Notes under the pieces: model-generated | Database searches by the model: none | The model's input: only the letters and a program-made list of their open reading frames with translations | What the model was told of the DNA's origin: nothing | In this document: in pieces, positions 36,385 through 47,076 of the stretch | How positions within the stretch are numbered: position 1 is the stretch's first letter | How the letters are laid out: each line of letters starts with the position of its first letter | NCBI GenBank assembly: GCA_028713415.1 | Contig: JAQTOI010000001.1 | Coordinates: 18,651-82,650 of the forward strand | DNA from: Candidatus Omnitrophota bacterium | GTDB taxonomy: Bacteria > Omnitrophota > Gorgyraeia > Duberdicusellales > 4484-171 | Direction of reading: 5' to 3' | Length of the DNA stretch: 64,000 bases | Position numbers and translations under genes: made by a program

Positions 36385-38022
36385 ATGAATTCATCTAAAA
36401 TAACCGTTAAGCCGGCAGAAGAACGGAAACTATGTATATTCTTGTTTTTTTTCGTATCTTCGATCTTTCTGCTATTTTTTAACGGTCATTACGGAGGCGA
36501 CGGCCTTGAGAGTTATTTGACTGCAGAAAGTATAGTACTCGATAAAGATTTGTCTATACACGATAGGCCATTTCAGGTAAGCGAGATGCGTTACGCCGTA
36601 AGAGGGCATAAGGCCGACGACGGAAAAATATATTCAAACCAGGGGTTAGCCATGCCATTAGCGCTTTCACCTTTTTATATGCTTGGCTATCTTATTTCAA
36701 ATCTATTCCATGGCATACCGCGGCCTTATATCTCACAGTTTTGTGTTTCGATGTCCAATCCTTTAATAATGGCATTCGCCAGTGTCATCTTATTTAAACT
36801 TTTGAGAGAACTCCAATTTAACCTGAAAGTGTCGCTTGGCACTGTTTTTTTATATTCTTTCTGCACAATGAATATTATATATGTCCGGTCAGGGTTCGCT
36901 GAGCCACTTGTGTGTTTGTTCCTATTGCTTTCAGTGTTGTACGTGCTGCGTTATGAAAAATATTCCCGATTGCGTAATATGTTATTAGCGTCAGTTTTTT
37001 TGTGTCTTACTATTTTTATAAAAAAGAATTCATTGATATTCTTACCGCCTTATGTGGCATACCTGATCTATCTCAATATAAAATACCGCCAACGTTTTAA
37101 TCACATCTTGTATGTCTTTAAATTTTACTCTGCATTTATAATACCGCTACTTTTTTCTGTGGGGCTTATTATGATGCAGAATATTCTGCTTTATGGGGGC
37201 ATATTTAATACAGAGTTTGGTTCAGCGGCCGATATTTTTACAGTAGCTACGTCAGGATACGGACCTATGCCTAAAACTTTTGACGCTGCCAAATACGGCA
37301 ATCAATTTATAAGAGCGACCTTTTATTTCTTAATAAGCAGCGGCAAAGGCTATTTGATTTATAATATTATTTTTCTGCCCGCGATTTTTGGAATACTGCC
37401 GGCTTTTTTTCGTAAATATAGAGCCATAATGATTTTTATAGCGGCTTTGGTATTGTGCGTTCTTATCTTCTATATTCAGCGTTTCATCAGAGGTTCGCTA
37501 TTTTCCTGGGGGCCGCGATATCTGTTTCCCACTTTACCTTTTATGGCTGTTTTCTTAGCGATTTTTATTGAAGAAAGTAAAACAGCCGCAAGAAGAGGCG
37601 CGCTGTATATTTTAGCGGCAATTGGTTTTTTAATACAATTACCCGCTTTGTTTATCAATTGCTCCGCATTTATTTTCTTTGTTAAAGAAAAACTGCAGCT
37701 TCAAGAATATTTAATGGATTTTTTGCCAGAACTTAGCCCTATACGAGGAACATGGTTTCTTTTTATTTCTTTTATAAAACGTAAATTATCCGGAGAATCC
37801 CTTCATTTTTCTTTCAATCCGGACATAAGAATGGTCGAGCCTAAACTAGAATCGCTCGCGGGGTATGACACACTAGATGTTTGGTGGGCCAATATTCTTA
37901 AAGTTGCCCCCCGCATGTGGCCTTTCGTTTTGATTCTTATCGCCGTGCTCTTAATTACAATAATAGTATGTTCTTATAAGATTAAATCAACTATTTCTAA
38001 GGTATCAACGGCAGAAGGATGA
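36385..38022 (+). CDS. Polytopic membrane protein, possible GT-C-like glycosyltransferase (uncharacterised)
   Basis: 545 aa, more than 12 predicted TM helices. Early loop NGHYGGDGLESYLTAES resembles the acidic first-loop motif of GT-C enzymes but is not canonical. Confidence 0.35.
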   Translation: MNSSKITVKPAEERKLCIFLFFFVSSIFLLFFNGHYGGDGLESYLTAESIVLDKDLSIHDRPFQVSEMRYAVRGHKADDGKIYSNQGLAMPLALSPFYMLGYLISNLFHGIPRPYISQFCVSMSNPLIMAFASVILFKLLRELQFNLKVSLGTVFLYSFCTMNIIYVRSGFAEPLVCLFLLLSVLYVLRYEKYSRLRNMLLASVFLCLTIFIKKNSLIFLPPYVAYLIYLNIKYRQRFNHILYVFKFYSAFIIPLLFSVGLIMMQNILLYGGIFNTEFGSAADIFTVATSGYGPMPKTFDAAKYGNQFIRATFYFLISSGKGYLIYNIIFLPAIFGILPAFFRKYRAIMIFIAALVLCVLIFYIQRFIRGSLFSWGPRYLFPTLPFMAVFLAIFIEESKTAARRGALYILAAIGFLIQLPALFINCSAFIFFVKEKLQLQEYLMDFLPELSPIRGTWFLFISFIKRKLSGESLHFSFNPDIRMVEPKLESLAGYDTLDVWWANILKVAPRMWPFVLILIAVLLITIIVCSYKIKSTISKVSTAEG

Positions 38023-38050
38023 TATTTACGCTAAACATAAAGGAGTAACT

Positions 38051-39025
38051 ATGAAAAAAAGCTATTACAAAAATAAAAGAGTGCTTATAACCGGGGCTGA
38101 CGGTTTTATGGGTTCACATTTAACCGAAAGGCTGCTTTGTGAAGGAGCAAAAGTTTCCGTTTACCTGCGGGGGAACTCCGTATCCGGGACTATTCAATAC
38201 AGTTTAAAAAACATAAAACACCTTGAAGGTGACTTAGAAGATATCCTTACCGGGAATATCTCCGCTTTAGATTCAAAAGACTTAGTTATCAAGAATAAGC
38301 CGGAAATAGTTTTCCATTTGGCTGCGGATGCCTATGTGCCGAATTCTTTCGACCATCCGATTGAAGTAATGGAGACCAACGTTTTAGGCACGCTCAACAT
38401 GCTCCATGCCGTAAAAGAATGCAAAGCCATAAAACGGATTGTCTGCACCTCTTCCAGCGAAATATACGGTATGACCCTGGGCGGCTCTATCGACGAAGAA
38501 CACCCTTTATACCCTTCATCGCCCTATGCCGCAAGCAAGGTAGCGGCCGATAGGTACGCCTATTCCTATTGCAACACTTATCACTTGCCCATTGCCATAA
38601 TTCGCCCCTTTAATACTTACGGCCCGCGGCATACCTATGATGTGATACCAAAGTTTATAGAGCTGGCGCTGTCTGGAAAAACATTATGCGTGCATGGCAC
38701 TGGAAAGCAATCGCGCGATTTCACCTATGTCGATGATATGATTGAGGCTTTTATGCTGATGGGCAGCCATAAGGAAGCTTTAGGGCGGGCGATAAATTTT
38801 GGAACCGGCAAAGCAATTACCATTAATTACATCGCCAGCAAGATAAAAGAAATCTCCGCGAGCCCCTCGCCAATTGTGCATACCAAAGAGCGCAAAGCGC
38901 AGGTGCCAAAATTACTTTGTAATTATTCGCTGGCCAAGAAACTTTTCGGTTGGTCTCCTAAAATTTTTATAGATGAAGGTTTAAGGAGGAATATCAAATG
39001 GGCAAAAGAATTTCTGGCGTTTTAA
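38051..39025 (+). CDS. NAD-dependent epimerase/dehydratase (extended SDR; UDP-sugar 4-epimerase or 4,6-dehydratase-like)
   Basis: 324 aa. [19 protein letters not shown] (GxxGxxG). YAASK catalytic YxxxK. Confidence 0.75.
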   Translation: MKKSYYKNKRVLITGADGFMGSHLTERLLCEGAKVSVYLRGNSVSGTIQYSLKNIKHLEGDLEDILTGNISALDSKDLVIKNKPEIVFHLAADAYVPNSFDHPIEVMETNVLGTLNMLHAVKECKAIKRIVCTSSSEIYGMTLGGSIDEEHPLYPSSPYAASKVAADRYAYSYCNTYHLPIAIIRPFNTYGPRHTYDVIPKFIELALSGKTLCVHGTGKQSRDFTYVDDMIEAFMLMGSHKEALGRAINFGTGKAITINYIASKIKEISASPSPIVHTKERKAQVPKLLCNYSLAKKLFGWSPKIFIDEGLRRNIKWAKEFLAF

Positions 39026-39534
39026 AAAAAACCTACATAGATAAACGCGCTGTTGTGGCGAAAAGTGCCAGAATCGGAGAAGGCACAAAAGTTTGGGCTT
39101 TTGCGCAAGTCGGAGATAACGCGAAAATTGGCAAGAATTGCGTTATAGGTAACGGCGCTTACATTGATAGGAATGTAATTGTAGGTAACAACGTTAAAAT
39201 CCACAACAAAGCATTGCTTTATAACGGCCTTATTGTCGAAGACAATTGTTTTATCGGACCCGGAGCGTGTTTCGCTAACGATAAACGCCCGTGTTTTAAT
39301 AAAACCCGCAACTTAAAAGGAGTATCCTGGAGGCTTAAAAAAGGCTCATCTGTAGGGGCGAATGCTACAATATTGCCGGATGTTACTATCGGAGAAAATT
39401 CGATTGTCGGCGCAGGCTCGGTAGTGACCAAAGATATTCCTTCAAATGTTACGGCCTGCGGCAATCCCGCACGAATATTGCGCCGCGAAAACGCAAAAAA
39501 ATCCGCAAAACCGCAAAAATTACCAAAATTATAA
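38998..39534 (+). CDS. Hexapeptide-repeat (left-handed beta-helix) sugar N-acetyltransferase (WbbJ/PglD-like)
   Basis: 178 aa. Repeated [LIV]G..x..x hexapeptides ([28 protein letters not shown]...). The C-terminus is encoded by the CGCAAAA repeats. Confidence 0.7.
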   Translation: MGKRISGVLKKTYIDKRAVVAKSARIGEGTKVWAFAQVGDNAKIGKNCVIGNGAYIDRNVIVGNNVKIHNKALLYNGLIVEDNCFIGPGACFANDKRPCFNKTRNLKGVSWRLKKGSSVGANATILPDVTIGENSIVGAGSVVTKDIPSNVTACGNPARILRRENAKKSAKPQKLPKL

Positions 39535-39540
39535 GATAAA

Positions 39541-40662
39541 ATGCCGAAAACGTCAGTTAAGGAACAGTTTTCGCAAGCTGCCGGCTGGATAAAAAATTCG
39601 GGAATTCAATCTTCTGAAGGAGGATTTTACTCCTGGTTCGATAATGATAACAAATCCTACTCTTATCTGTATTCGGAAATAACCGGCTACGGCATCACCA
39701 CGCTTCTTTTCCTCTACGATATCGAAAAAGACGCTGTGTGTTTGGACAAAGCGCAAGCCGCGGCAGCCTGGTTAAAAAAAATTGCCATGCATCCCTGCTG
39801 TGGCATGCGCACGCGCTTTTACAGCAATGATACTTTAGCGGATAAAACATACTCGTTTGCGCAAGAAAATATTTTTTCCTTTGATACAGGCATGGTATTG
39901 TATGGAATAGCTAACCTTTATCGTGTCACAGCTGTTCCGGAGTATATAGCTATGGCAACCAAAATTGCAGATTTTCTTATCGGAGTTATGCAGCAGGACG
40001 ACGGTTCGCTTGCCCCGATATATAATCCTAAACGTAAAGAATTATCGCTGCCTTTAGAAAATAAATGGTCTAATCAGCCGGCCGGATTTCACGCTAAAGT
40101 AGCGCTTGGATTTGCTGATCTTTTTGATATAACAGCTGATAAAAAATACTACGATGCAGCTTTGCGCCTCTGCGAATATGCGATTAGCACTCAGGAAGCT
40201 AGTGGCCGATTTATCACTGACAAAAAGACAAACACCACGCATCTGCATCCGCATTGCTACAGCGCCGAAGGGCTTTGGTACGTAGGCAGCCGTTTCAATA
40301 TACCGGAATTTGTCTTGGCTGCTAGAAACGCAACTATATGGGCGCTGGAACACGTAAATTCAAGCGGTATCAATGAGCTTTATAGCCCCGAAAAAGGGTT
40401 CAATGCTTTTGTGAGAAGCGATATTCTGGCGCAGCTTTTACGTTTGAGCTTGATATTTTCTAAAAACAGCGGGCAAAAAGAGCTCCTTTCGGCCTTACTT
40501 AGCCATCAATTGCGCGATGCTTCCTCGCAGAGCGGCGGATTCCTGTTTAACAAAAATTGCGGGCACATTAATTCCTGGTGCAGCATGTTCGCGCTTCAAG
40601 CGCTATATTTACATGAAAACAAAAAAAGCACTTTTTTTGAGCAACCAAGGTTATTGATATAA
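39541..40662 (+). CDS. Hypothetical protein (soluble, possibly alpha/alpha-barrel-like), function unknown
   Basis: 373 aa. No motif I can name with confidence. Conserved-looking SEITGYGITTLLFLY and W..G.RF blocks. Embedded between an acetyltransferase and a WecB paralog. Confidence 0.3.
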   Translation: MPKTSVKEQFSQAAGWIKNSGIQSSEGGFYSWFDNDNKSYSYLYSEITGYGITTLLFLYDIEKDAVCLDKAQAAAAWLKKIAMHPCCGMRTRFYSNDTLADKTYSFAQENIFSFDTGMVLYGIANLYRVTAVPEYIAMATKIADFLIGVMQQDDGSLAPIYNPKRKELSLPLENKWSNQPAGFHAKVALGFADLFDITADKKYYDAALRLCEYAISTQEASGRFITDKKTNTTHLHPHCYSAEGLWYVGSRFNIPEFVLAARNATIWALEHVNSSGINELYSPEKGFNAFVRSDILAQLLRLSLIFSKNSGQKELLSALLSHQLRDASSQSGGFLFNKNCGHINSWCSMFALQALYLHENKKSTFFEQPRLLI

Positions 40663-40831
40663 GGTAAAGACCGCAGAAGCGCAAAAATCGTAATGCGGTC
40701 ATCGGTTGCGTAGCTAGAAACGCCAGGCGTCAAACGTCAATCGTATTTTTACGAAAGACGATAGCCGATGAACGATTCGAGCTACGCGATCCTTCAACAT
40801 TAGACGCGTCTTTGCGGCGTAAAAATTTGCT

Positions 40832-41950
40832 ATGAAAAACAAAAAACTAGCATTTATATTCGGGACAAGGCCGGAGATTATAAAATTAAGCCCCATAATC
40901 AGAGAATGCCAAAGAAAAAAGGTTTCCTTTTTCTGTATCCATACCGGCCAGCACTATTCTTATGCTTTAGATACGATATTTTTTAAGGAATTACGCTTAC
41001 CTAAGCCTGAATACAGGTTGCAGATAAAATCCAAAGCACCTTTTCGGCAAGGCGAGCATACCGGAACTATGCTTATCGAAATCGAAAAGATACTTCTGCG
41101 GGAAATGCCATATTGCGTAGTGGTGCAGGGCGATACAAATACAGTGCTTGCCGCCGCACTCACAGCAGAAAAAATATCGACCACTTCTCATTATACAGGT
41201 TTCTATATCAAAGTAGCCCATGTGGAAGCGGGACTGCGAAGTTTTGATAGAAGCATGCCTGAAGAGGTGAATCGTTTTATAGCGGACCATCTTTCCGATT
41301 TCCTTTTTGTCCCTACAAAAAATGAGCAGAAACTTTTATTGCGCGAAGGAGTCCCTTCTTCCTGGATACACGTGACAGGTAATACTATCGTTGATGCGCT
41401 ACAGCAGTCGCTGGCATTGGCGCGAAGAGTGAACGGGATATTAGGAAAATTAGCAATCTCAAAAAATGCGTATATGCTTTTGACCCTTCATAGGCAGGAA
41501 AATGTGGACTCAAAAATAGTTTTCAAAAATATTCTTAAAGGACTTGAGAGCGTTTATGAGAAATTTAGATTACCGGTTATTTTTCCAATGCATCCACGCA
41601 CACAAAAGAGGCTTAAAGTTTTTAATCTAAAGATACCATTCGGCATAAAAGTTATTGAGCCTGTGGGATTTCTTGATTTTTTATCCCTGGAAGCAGACTC
41701 AAGGCTTACTCTTACGGATTCAGGAGGGGTCCAGGAAGAATCCTGCATATTAAAGGTGCCTTGCGTTACCTTGCGCAATAATACCGAACGCCCCCAAACG
41801 GTTCTGGTCGACGCAAATGTGGTCGCGGGAACAAATCCGGAAAATATCTTAAAGGCCGCAATTAAAATGTACGGAACTTCTCGGCGATGGAGGAATCCTT
41901 TAGGCGATGGAACTGCGGCTAAACAAATATTAAATATCTTATTGAAATAA
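40832..41950 (+). CDS. wecB: UDP-N-acetylglucosamine 2-epimerase (non-hydrolysing), second paralog
   Basis: 372 aa. KLAFIFGTRPEIIKLSPII...VVVQGDTNTVLAAAL...HVEAGLRSFD. Confidence 0.8.
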   Translation: MKNKKLAFIFGTRPEIIKLSPIIRECQRKKVSFFCIHTGQHYSYALDTIFFKELRLPKPEYRLQIKSKAPFRQGEHTGTMLIEIEKILLREMPYCVVVQGDTNTVLAAALTAEKISTTSHYTGFYIKVAHVEAGLRSFDRSMPEEVNRFIADHLSDFLFVPTKNEQKLLLREGVPSSWIHVTGNTIVDALQQSLALARRVNGILGKLAISKNAYMLLTLHRQENVDSKIVFKNILKGLESVYEKFRLPVIFPMHPRTQKRLKVFNLKIPFGIKVIEPVGFLDFLSLEADSRLTLTDSGGVQEESCILKVPCVTLRNNTERPQTVLVDANVVAGTNPENILKAAIKMYGTSRRWRNPLGDGTAAKQILNILLK

Positions 41951-41966
41951 AAACGAGGTAACTTAG

Positions 41967-43004
41967 GTGAAAGTAGCATTTTTCGTTTATCCTGCAGCGT
42001 TTCAGACTCCCGGCGGAGGAGAGGTGCTGTTGCTTAAAACAAAAGAATCTCTCCAGACAAAAGGCGTATCAGTAAAGCTGTTTAATCAATGGGAAGATAA
42101 GCTAAAAGATTTTGATATTTTGCACGTATTCAGCAGCGTAAAGGATTGCCTTGGCCTGATGGAAGCCGCAAAAAACGTTGGCGTCAAAGTAGCCCTTTCC
42201 CCGATATACTGGTCAACACTTAAACGGTCAGTACACGAATATGGGACACGCCCCAAGAAACTAAGAATGATTTTGCAGCATATGGCGAAAGTAATAGCGC
42301 CAGTCCTGCCTTCTAGCCGGCGCAAAATCTTTCAGGTAGTGGATGTTATACTCCCTAATTCAGAAGCAGAAGCGGAGCAGGTTTCCCGTTTATTCGCTAT
42401 CGATAAGAAGAAAATGCGCGTGGTTTTTTTGGGCGCCGATGAAAGATTCCGCAAGGCCGACAAAAAAGAATTTATAGATAAATATAAAGTGGAAGATTTT
42501 ATTCTCTCGGTCGGCCGGATTGAACCTCGCAAAAATCAGCTTAATTTAATAAAGGCGGCTAGAGGATTGAATAAGCGGATAGTTTTTGTGGGAAACCCCG
42601 CCATTGGATACGAAGGATATTATAATGCATGTAAAAAAATAGCCCCGGAAAATACTCTTTTTATCGAGCGTTTGGAACATTCGAGCACCTTGCTCGCTTC
42701 CGCGTATGCGGCCTGTTCTGTTTTTGTATTGCAAGGCTGGTTTGAAACGCCAGGCTTGGTCGCTCTTGAAGCAGCGCTGGCAGGCGCGAGGCTCGCGGTA
42801 ACGTCTGGAGGCTCAACGCGTGAATATTTTAAGGAATATGTCGAATATTTTAACCCGGCAAGCCCTCTTAGCATATGCCGCGCTATAGAAAAATCCCTTT
42901 TGAGAGAAAAGACCGATGATTTGCGCGAATATATAGCAAAAAATTTCCTTTGGGAAAATGTAGCGCAACAAAATATCAGAGTCTATGAGGAGCTGTTAAG
43001 ATAG
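41967..43004 (+). CDS. GT4 family glycosyltransferase (GT-B, retaining)
   Basis: 345 aa. GTG start. C-terminal E..G...LEA.A.G block (ETPGLVALEAALAGARLAVT). Confidence 0.65.
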   Translation: MKVAFFVYPAAFQTPGGGEVLLLKTKESLQTKGVSVKLFNQWEDKLKDFDILHVFSSVKDCLGLMEAAKNVGVKVALSPIYWSTLKRSVHEYGTRPKKLRMILQHMAKVIAPVLPSSRRKIFQVVDVILPNSEAEAEQVSRLFAIDKKKMRVVFLGADERFRKADKKEFIDKYKVEDFILSVGRIEPRKNQLNLIKAARGLNKRIVFVGNPAIGYEGYYNACKKIAPENTLFIERLEHSSTLLASAYAACSVFVLQGWFETPGLVALEAALAGARLAVTSGGSTREYFKEYVEYFNPASPLSICRAIEKSLLREKTDDLREYIAKNFLWENVAQQNIRVYEELLR

Positions 43005-43023
43005 CTACCCTTAAAATAAATGC

Positions 43024-44160
43024 ATGAGAATAGGCATAGATATTTACCCCTTATCAAAAAAATTCCAGGGCATCAGTATCTATCTTTTTAACCTTCTTAA
43101 ATATACATATTTTCTTGATAAGGAAAATGATTATTTTTTATATACCTACCCATTTCAATCGCTACAATTGCCTTTTGCACCTAACGAAAAATGGCATCTG
43201 CAAATGCGCAAGGGGTATTTTAGACGCAGCGCTACCTCATGGATGCAGTTTGCCGCCAATGCTGATTTACAAAACGATAATATAGATATTTTTTTGGGGC
43301 CCCAGGCAATTTTACCTTTGAATTTACCACCCTCAATTAAAACTGCATTGATTGTAAATGACTTAACGTTCTATTTCTATCCTTCCACTTTGAAGTGGAA
43401 AAATCGCATAATATTTCCTTTATTTTTTAAAAAATCTCTTCTTAAAGCTTCCAGAGTTATCACGATTTCCGCGACGGTTGCTTCCGAGATAAAAAAAATA
43501 TTCCCGGTAGTTTCTGATAAGATTACAAGCCTGCATTCCGGAATAGAACACCGGGATTTTACTGTAGAGGATAAAGAGCAAGCAAAAAAACATATATCTG
43601 AAAAGTTTGAAACTTCTCAAAAATATATTTTAACCGTATCTACTATAGAGCCGAGGAAAAATATAGAAAACTTGCTAAAAGCATATCAGGTTTTCAGAAA
43701 AAAATATCCTTCTCTTAATTATCAGCTCTTAATTGCCGGCGCAGCAGGCTGGAATAGTTCGCCTCTCTATAAGCTTTATAAGAGCTTGGGATTTAGTGAA
43801 AAGGAGGTTAAATTTCTCGGTTATGTCCCGCAGTCTGAGCTGGCGAAGTTATATGCTGGAGCACAAATTTTTGTTTTTCCTTCTCTTTATGAAGGCTTAG
43901 GTTTTCCTCCCCTGGAGGCTCTTGCAGCCGGAGTGCCTGTTGTTGCCTCTAACATCCCCGTTCTTAAGGAGACCTTGGCCGATTGTGCTTATTTCTTTGA
44001 TCCGAATAATCCGGAAGATATTGCTGATTCTTTGAATGCTATTTTAACTGATGAAAATATCAGGAACCGTTTGGCTATAAGCGGCTCTGAACGCATAAAA
44101 TCATTCTCATGGGAGAGGACAGCAGCGGAGTTGTTGGATTTGTTTCGGCAATTAAAATAG
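43024..44160 (+). CDS. GT4 family glycosyltransferase
   Basis: 378 aa. EPRKNIENLLKAYQVF...LYEGLGFPPLEALAAGVPVVASN. Confidence 0.75.
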   Translation: MRIGIDIYPLSKKFQGISIYLFNLLKYTYFLDKENDYFLYTYPFQSLQLPFAPNEKWHLQMRKGYFRRSATSWMQFAANADLQNDNIDIFLGPQAILPLNLPPSIKTALIVNDLTFYFYPSTLKWKNRIIFPLFFKKSLLKASRVITISATVASEIKKIFPVVSDKITSLHSGIEHRDFTVEDKEQAKKHISEKFETSQKYILTVSTIEPRKNIENLLKAYQVFRKKYPSLNYQLLIAGAAGWNSSPLYKLYKSLGFSEKEVKFLGYVPQSELAKLYAGAQIFVFPSLYEGLGFPPLEALAAGVPVVASNIPVLKETLADCAYFFDPNNPEDIADSLNAILTDENIRNRLAISGSERIKSFSWERTAAELLDLFRQLK

Positions 44161-44164
44161 TATT

Positions 44165-45883
44165 ATGATTTTAAGGAAAGAAATCATTATTGTCGTTGCG
44201 CTATTGGCATTTTTTCTAATGAGCGGATTATATTACGCTTTTACTAATTCTATCACTTCAGATGAAAAAACGCATATAGCCACAGGGTACTTAAATATCC
44301 GTTTTAACGATTACCGTTTTAACGTAGAGCACCCCCCGTTGATTAAACAACTGGCGGCTATACCTCTTTTATTTATGAATCTTAATTTTCCGCAGGAGAT
44401 TTATAAAAATTCAACTACACCCATGGATATTGTTAATATTCAGGAAGCGTTTCTTTTTAAGATGGGTAATGACTTAGATGCGATGCTTTTTTTTGCGCGG
44501 CTGCCGAATATATTATTTGGAATATTGCTGGGGTTTGCGATATACCTTTTCTCAAGGGAATTAAACGGCAAATTAGCCGGTCTTATTTCATTGGGGGTTT
44601 TTGTTTTTTCTCCGACATTTTTAGGGCACTCTCCGCTTGTAACCATGGATGTTGCGGTAAGTTGTTTCTATTTTTTTACCGTTTATTCTTTAATGAATTA
44701 TTTCTCTACCAAAAAAAGTATTTTTTTATATATCGCCGGTATAGGATTAGGTGTAAGTTTAGCCGCAAAATTTAGCGCGTTAGTTCTGATACCGGCGCTC
44801 TATGCATTGATTATTGCTATGATTTTCACTAAGCATTTTGAAAAACAAAGTTTTATTCTTAAAATGCCTCCATGGAAAATTATCCTGCTTATCCCGGTTT
44901 TTATCTTCGCGGTTTCTTACAAGGGTTCAGTGCGTTTCATGATTCCGGCTTTCGCTATTTTTTTTATTTCAGTAGTATTCTGTAAAATTGATTTTTTTGC
45001 GAAAAATGTGCGTTTTGCGGCAAAAATTTCGCTTCTACTTTTAATTCTTGGTTTTGCCGTGGTAATACTCGATTACACGCAATATGACTGGTTTCCAAAT
45101 CACAGCGCTACCAAAGCTTATTTCAAAGGATTTGAAAATTTTAAAGGCCACGCTTCTGGCGGGCATCCCTCTTATCTTTTGGGGCATTACTCCAATACGG
45201 GTTGGTGGTATTATTTTCCTTTAACTATCCTTTTTAAAGAACCAATAACGACGCTCGGGCTCGTAACTTTGGGATTTATCGGCATATTGGCGAAAAAACA
45301 AAATGATTGGCGTCTTTTATTTGTCTTCATTCCTATGTGCGCATATCTTTTTGTAGCCTGCTTCCTTAATAAGGCTAATATGGGTATACGCCACATAATG
45401 CCGGCATTACCATTTCTCTACGTTATTGCCGGCTATAGCGTAACGCTCTTTAAAAAATATTTAAACATGAGACTTTTGAAATTAATTTTACCCGGAGTAA
45501 TTTTAACATTGTGCCTGGAGGTTGTGACTGCTTACCCTGCGCACTTGTCTTATTTTAACGTGGCAAGTGGAGGAATAAGCAACGGCTATAAACTGTTAAG
45601 CGATTCCAATATTGCCTGGGGGCAGGATTTCAAACGCTTAAAACAATACCTCGAGCGAAATGGAATCAACCATGTAATAATCGACACCAGTTTTGGCGGA
45701 ATAAACGCATACGATTATTATAAGATTCCATACCGGCTATTGGGCCCGGAAGAAAAAATAAATCCCGTAAAAGGATTTTATGTTATTGATACCTTAAGGC
45801 TGCAGGCAAGTGATATACAATGGCTTGATAAATATAAGCCGATCTCGCGTATCGGTGGCTCACTGCTCATTTATCAAATATAA
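44165..45883 (+). CDS. GT-C membrane glycosyltransferase, ArnT/PMT-like (third copy)
   Basis: 572 aa. DE motif in the first loop (NSITSDEKTHIATGYLNIRFNDY...EHPPL). Multi-TM. Confidence 0.65.
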   Translation: MILRKEIIIVVALLAFFLMSGLYYAFTNSITSDEKTHIATGYLNIRFNDYRFNVEHPPLIKQLAAIPLLFMNLNFPQEIYKNSTTPMDIVNIQEAFLFKMGNDLDAMLFFARLPNILFGILLGFAIYLFSRELNGKLAGLISLGVFVFSPTFLGHSPLVTMDVAVSCFYFFTVYSLMNYFSTKKSIFLYIAGIGLGVSLAAKFSALVLIPALYALIIAMIFTKHFEKQSFILKMPPWKIILLIPVFIFAVSYKGSVRFMIPAFAIFFISVVFCKIDFFAKNVRFAAKISLLLLILGFAVVILDYTQYDWFPNHSATKAYFKGFENFKGHASGGHPSYLLGHYSNTGWWYYFPLTILFKEPITTLGLVTLGFIGILAKKQNDWRLLFVFIPMCAYLFVACFLNKANMGIRHIMPALPFLYVIAGYSVTLFKKYLNMRLLKLILPGVILTLCLEVVTAYPAHLSYFNVASGGISNGYKLLSDSNIAWGQDFKRLKQYLERNGINHVIIDTSFGGINAYDYYKIPYRLLGPEEKINPVKGFYVIDTLRLQASDIQWLDKYKPISRIGGSLLIYQI

Positions 45884-45889
45884 AAACTT

Positions 45890-46969
45890 ATGAAAGTTTT
45901 TTTTGATGCACGGATGATTACACATCCCGGAATAGGCAGGTATATAAAAAGCATAATACCGGCCCTCATGCGCCAAAATCGCGGCTTAGAATTAGTTCTT
46001 TTGGGCGATAAGGCAGTAATCGAGAAATTGCTGGGATTCGAGACTGATGTAATTGATTTTAATTACCCTATCTATTCAATACAGGAGCAAATAGGCTTTT
46101 TGCGTATAAAAAAAATTATTGGCGCAAACCTTTTTCATGTGCCGCATTACAATGTTCCTTTCCTTGCGCGTTTTAACCTAATCGTTACCATTCACGATAT
46201 CATTCACATAACGTACCCTCAAGGCGCCAGCAATAGATTGGCTTCTTTTTATATGCACTTAGCCCTAAGGCGCGCGATAGCTTGTGCAAAAAAAATAATA
46301 TGCGTATCCGCAGCAACCGAAAAAAGTATCCAACAATTTTTTAGGACTAAAGTTTATCAATTAGAGGTAATCGGCGAGGGGGTAAGCGATTTTTTTTCGC
46401 TAACGCCTGATATTACCCAGCTTCAATATATAAAAAATAAATACAACCTTCCTGATAAATTTATCCTGTATGTAGGAAGTATCCGCAAGCATAAAAATAT
46501 CACTTCGCTCGTTAGCGCTTTTTTGGAGCTTAAGAAAACAATTCCCGCGCTAACGCTTGTGCTCGTAGGCAGGTCATCCCAGGGTTTACGCATTAAGGAA
46601 GAGAGCGTAATTTACCTGGGAGAAATTTCAGATGAGGACCTGGCCTGCGTCTACAATTTAGCTAGTGTTTTATGCAATGTCTCTTTATATGAAGGTTTTA
46701 ACCTCACCATCTTAGAGGCGCAGAAGTGCAAACTCCCTGTTGTTTGCAGCGATATACCCACACATCGAGAAACCGCAGGTTTATCCGCTACTTTCGTGCC
46801 GGCGACCGGTGTTGACCAAATAAAAGAAGCCCTATATAATGTAATAACAAAAAACGATTTAAAAACATCTTTGGTCAATGCGGGGCTTGCGAATGTTGCC
46901 AGGTTCGATTGGAATCTCGCCGCTTCAAAAACCTTTGAAGTCTATAAAAACGCAAATTTTGTTGATTAA
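45890..46969 (+). CDS. GT4 family glycosyltransferase
   Basis: 359 aa. ...LYEGFNLTILEAQKCKLPVVCSDIPTHRE. Confidence 0.7.
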   Translation: MKVFFDARMITHPGIGRYIKSIIPALMRQNRGLELVLLGDKAVIEKLLGFETDVIDFNYPIYSIQEQIGFLRIKKIIGANLFHVPHYNVPFLARFNLIVTIHDIIHITYPQGASNRLASFYMHLALRRAIACAKKIICVSAATEKSIQQFFRTKVYQLEVIGEGVSDFFSLTPDITQLQYIKNKYNLPDKFILYVGSIRKHKNITSLVSAFLELKKTIPALTLVLVGRSSQGLRIKEESVIYLGEISDEDLACVYNLASVLCNVSLYEGFNLTILEAQKCKLPVVCSDIPTHRETAGLSATFVPATGVDQIKEALYNVITKNDLKTSLVNAGLANVARFDWNLAASKTFEVYKNANFVD

Positions 46970-47076
46970 TTGCCACCGGCCGCAGGCTACAAGCTACAGG
47001 CCTCAAAATTACAAAGCCATATTTTATTTAGCCGGAAGCTTGCAGCCCGGAGCTTGTAGCGAAAAGTAACATATTT

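Noticed and set aside
46878-47069. 63-aa ORF spanning the GT4-GT4 intergenic region
   Set aside because: Starts inside the upstream gene and runs through the inverted-repeat spacer. No SD. Composition atypical. More likely non-coding structure.
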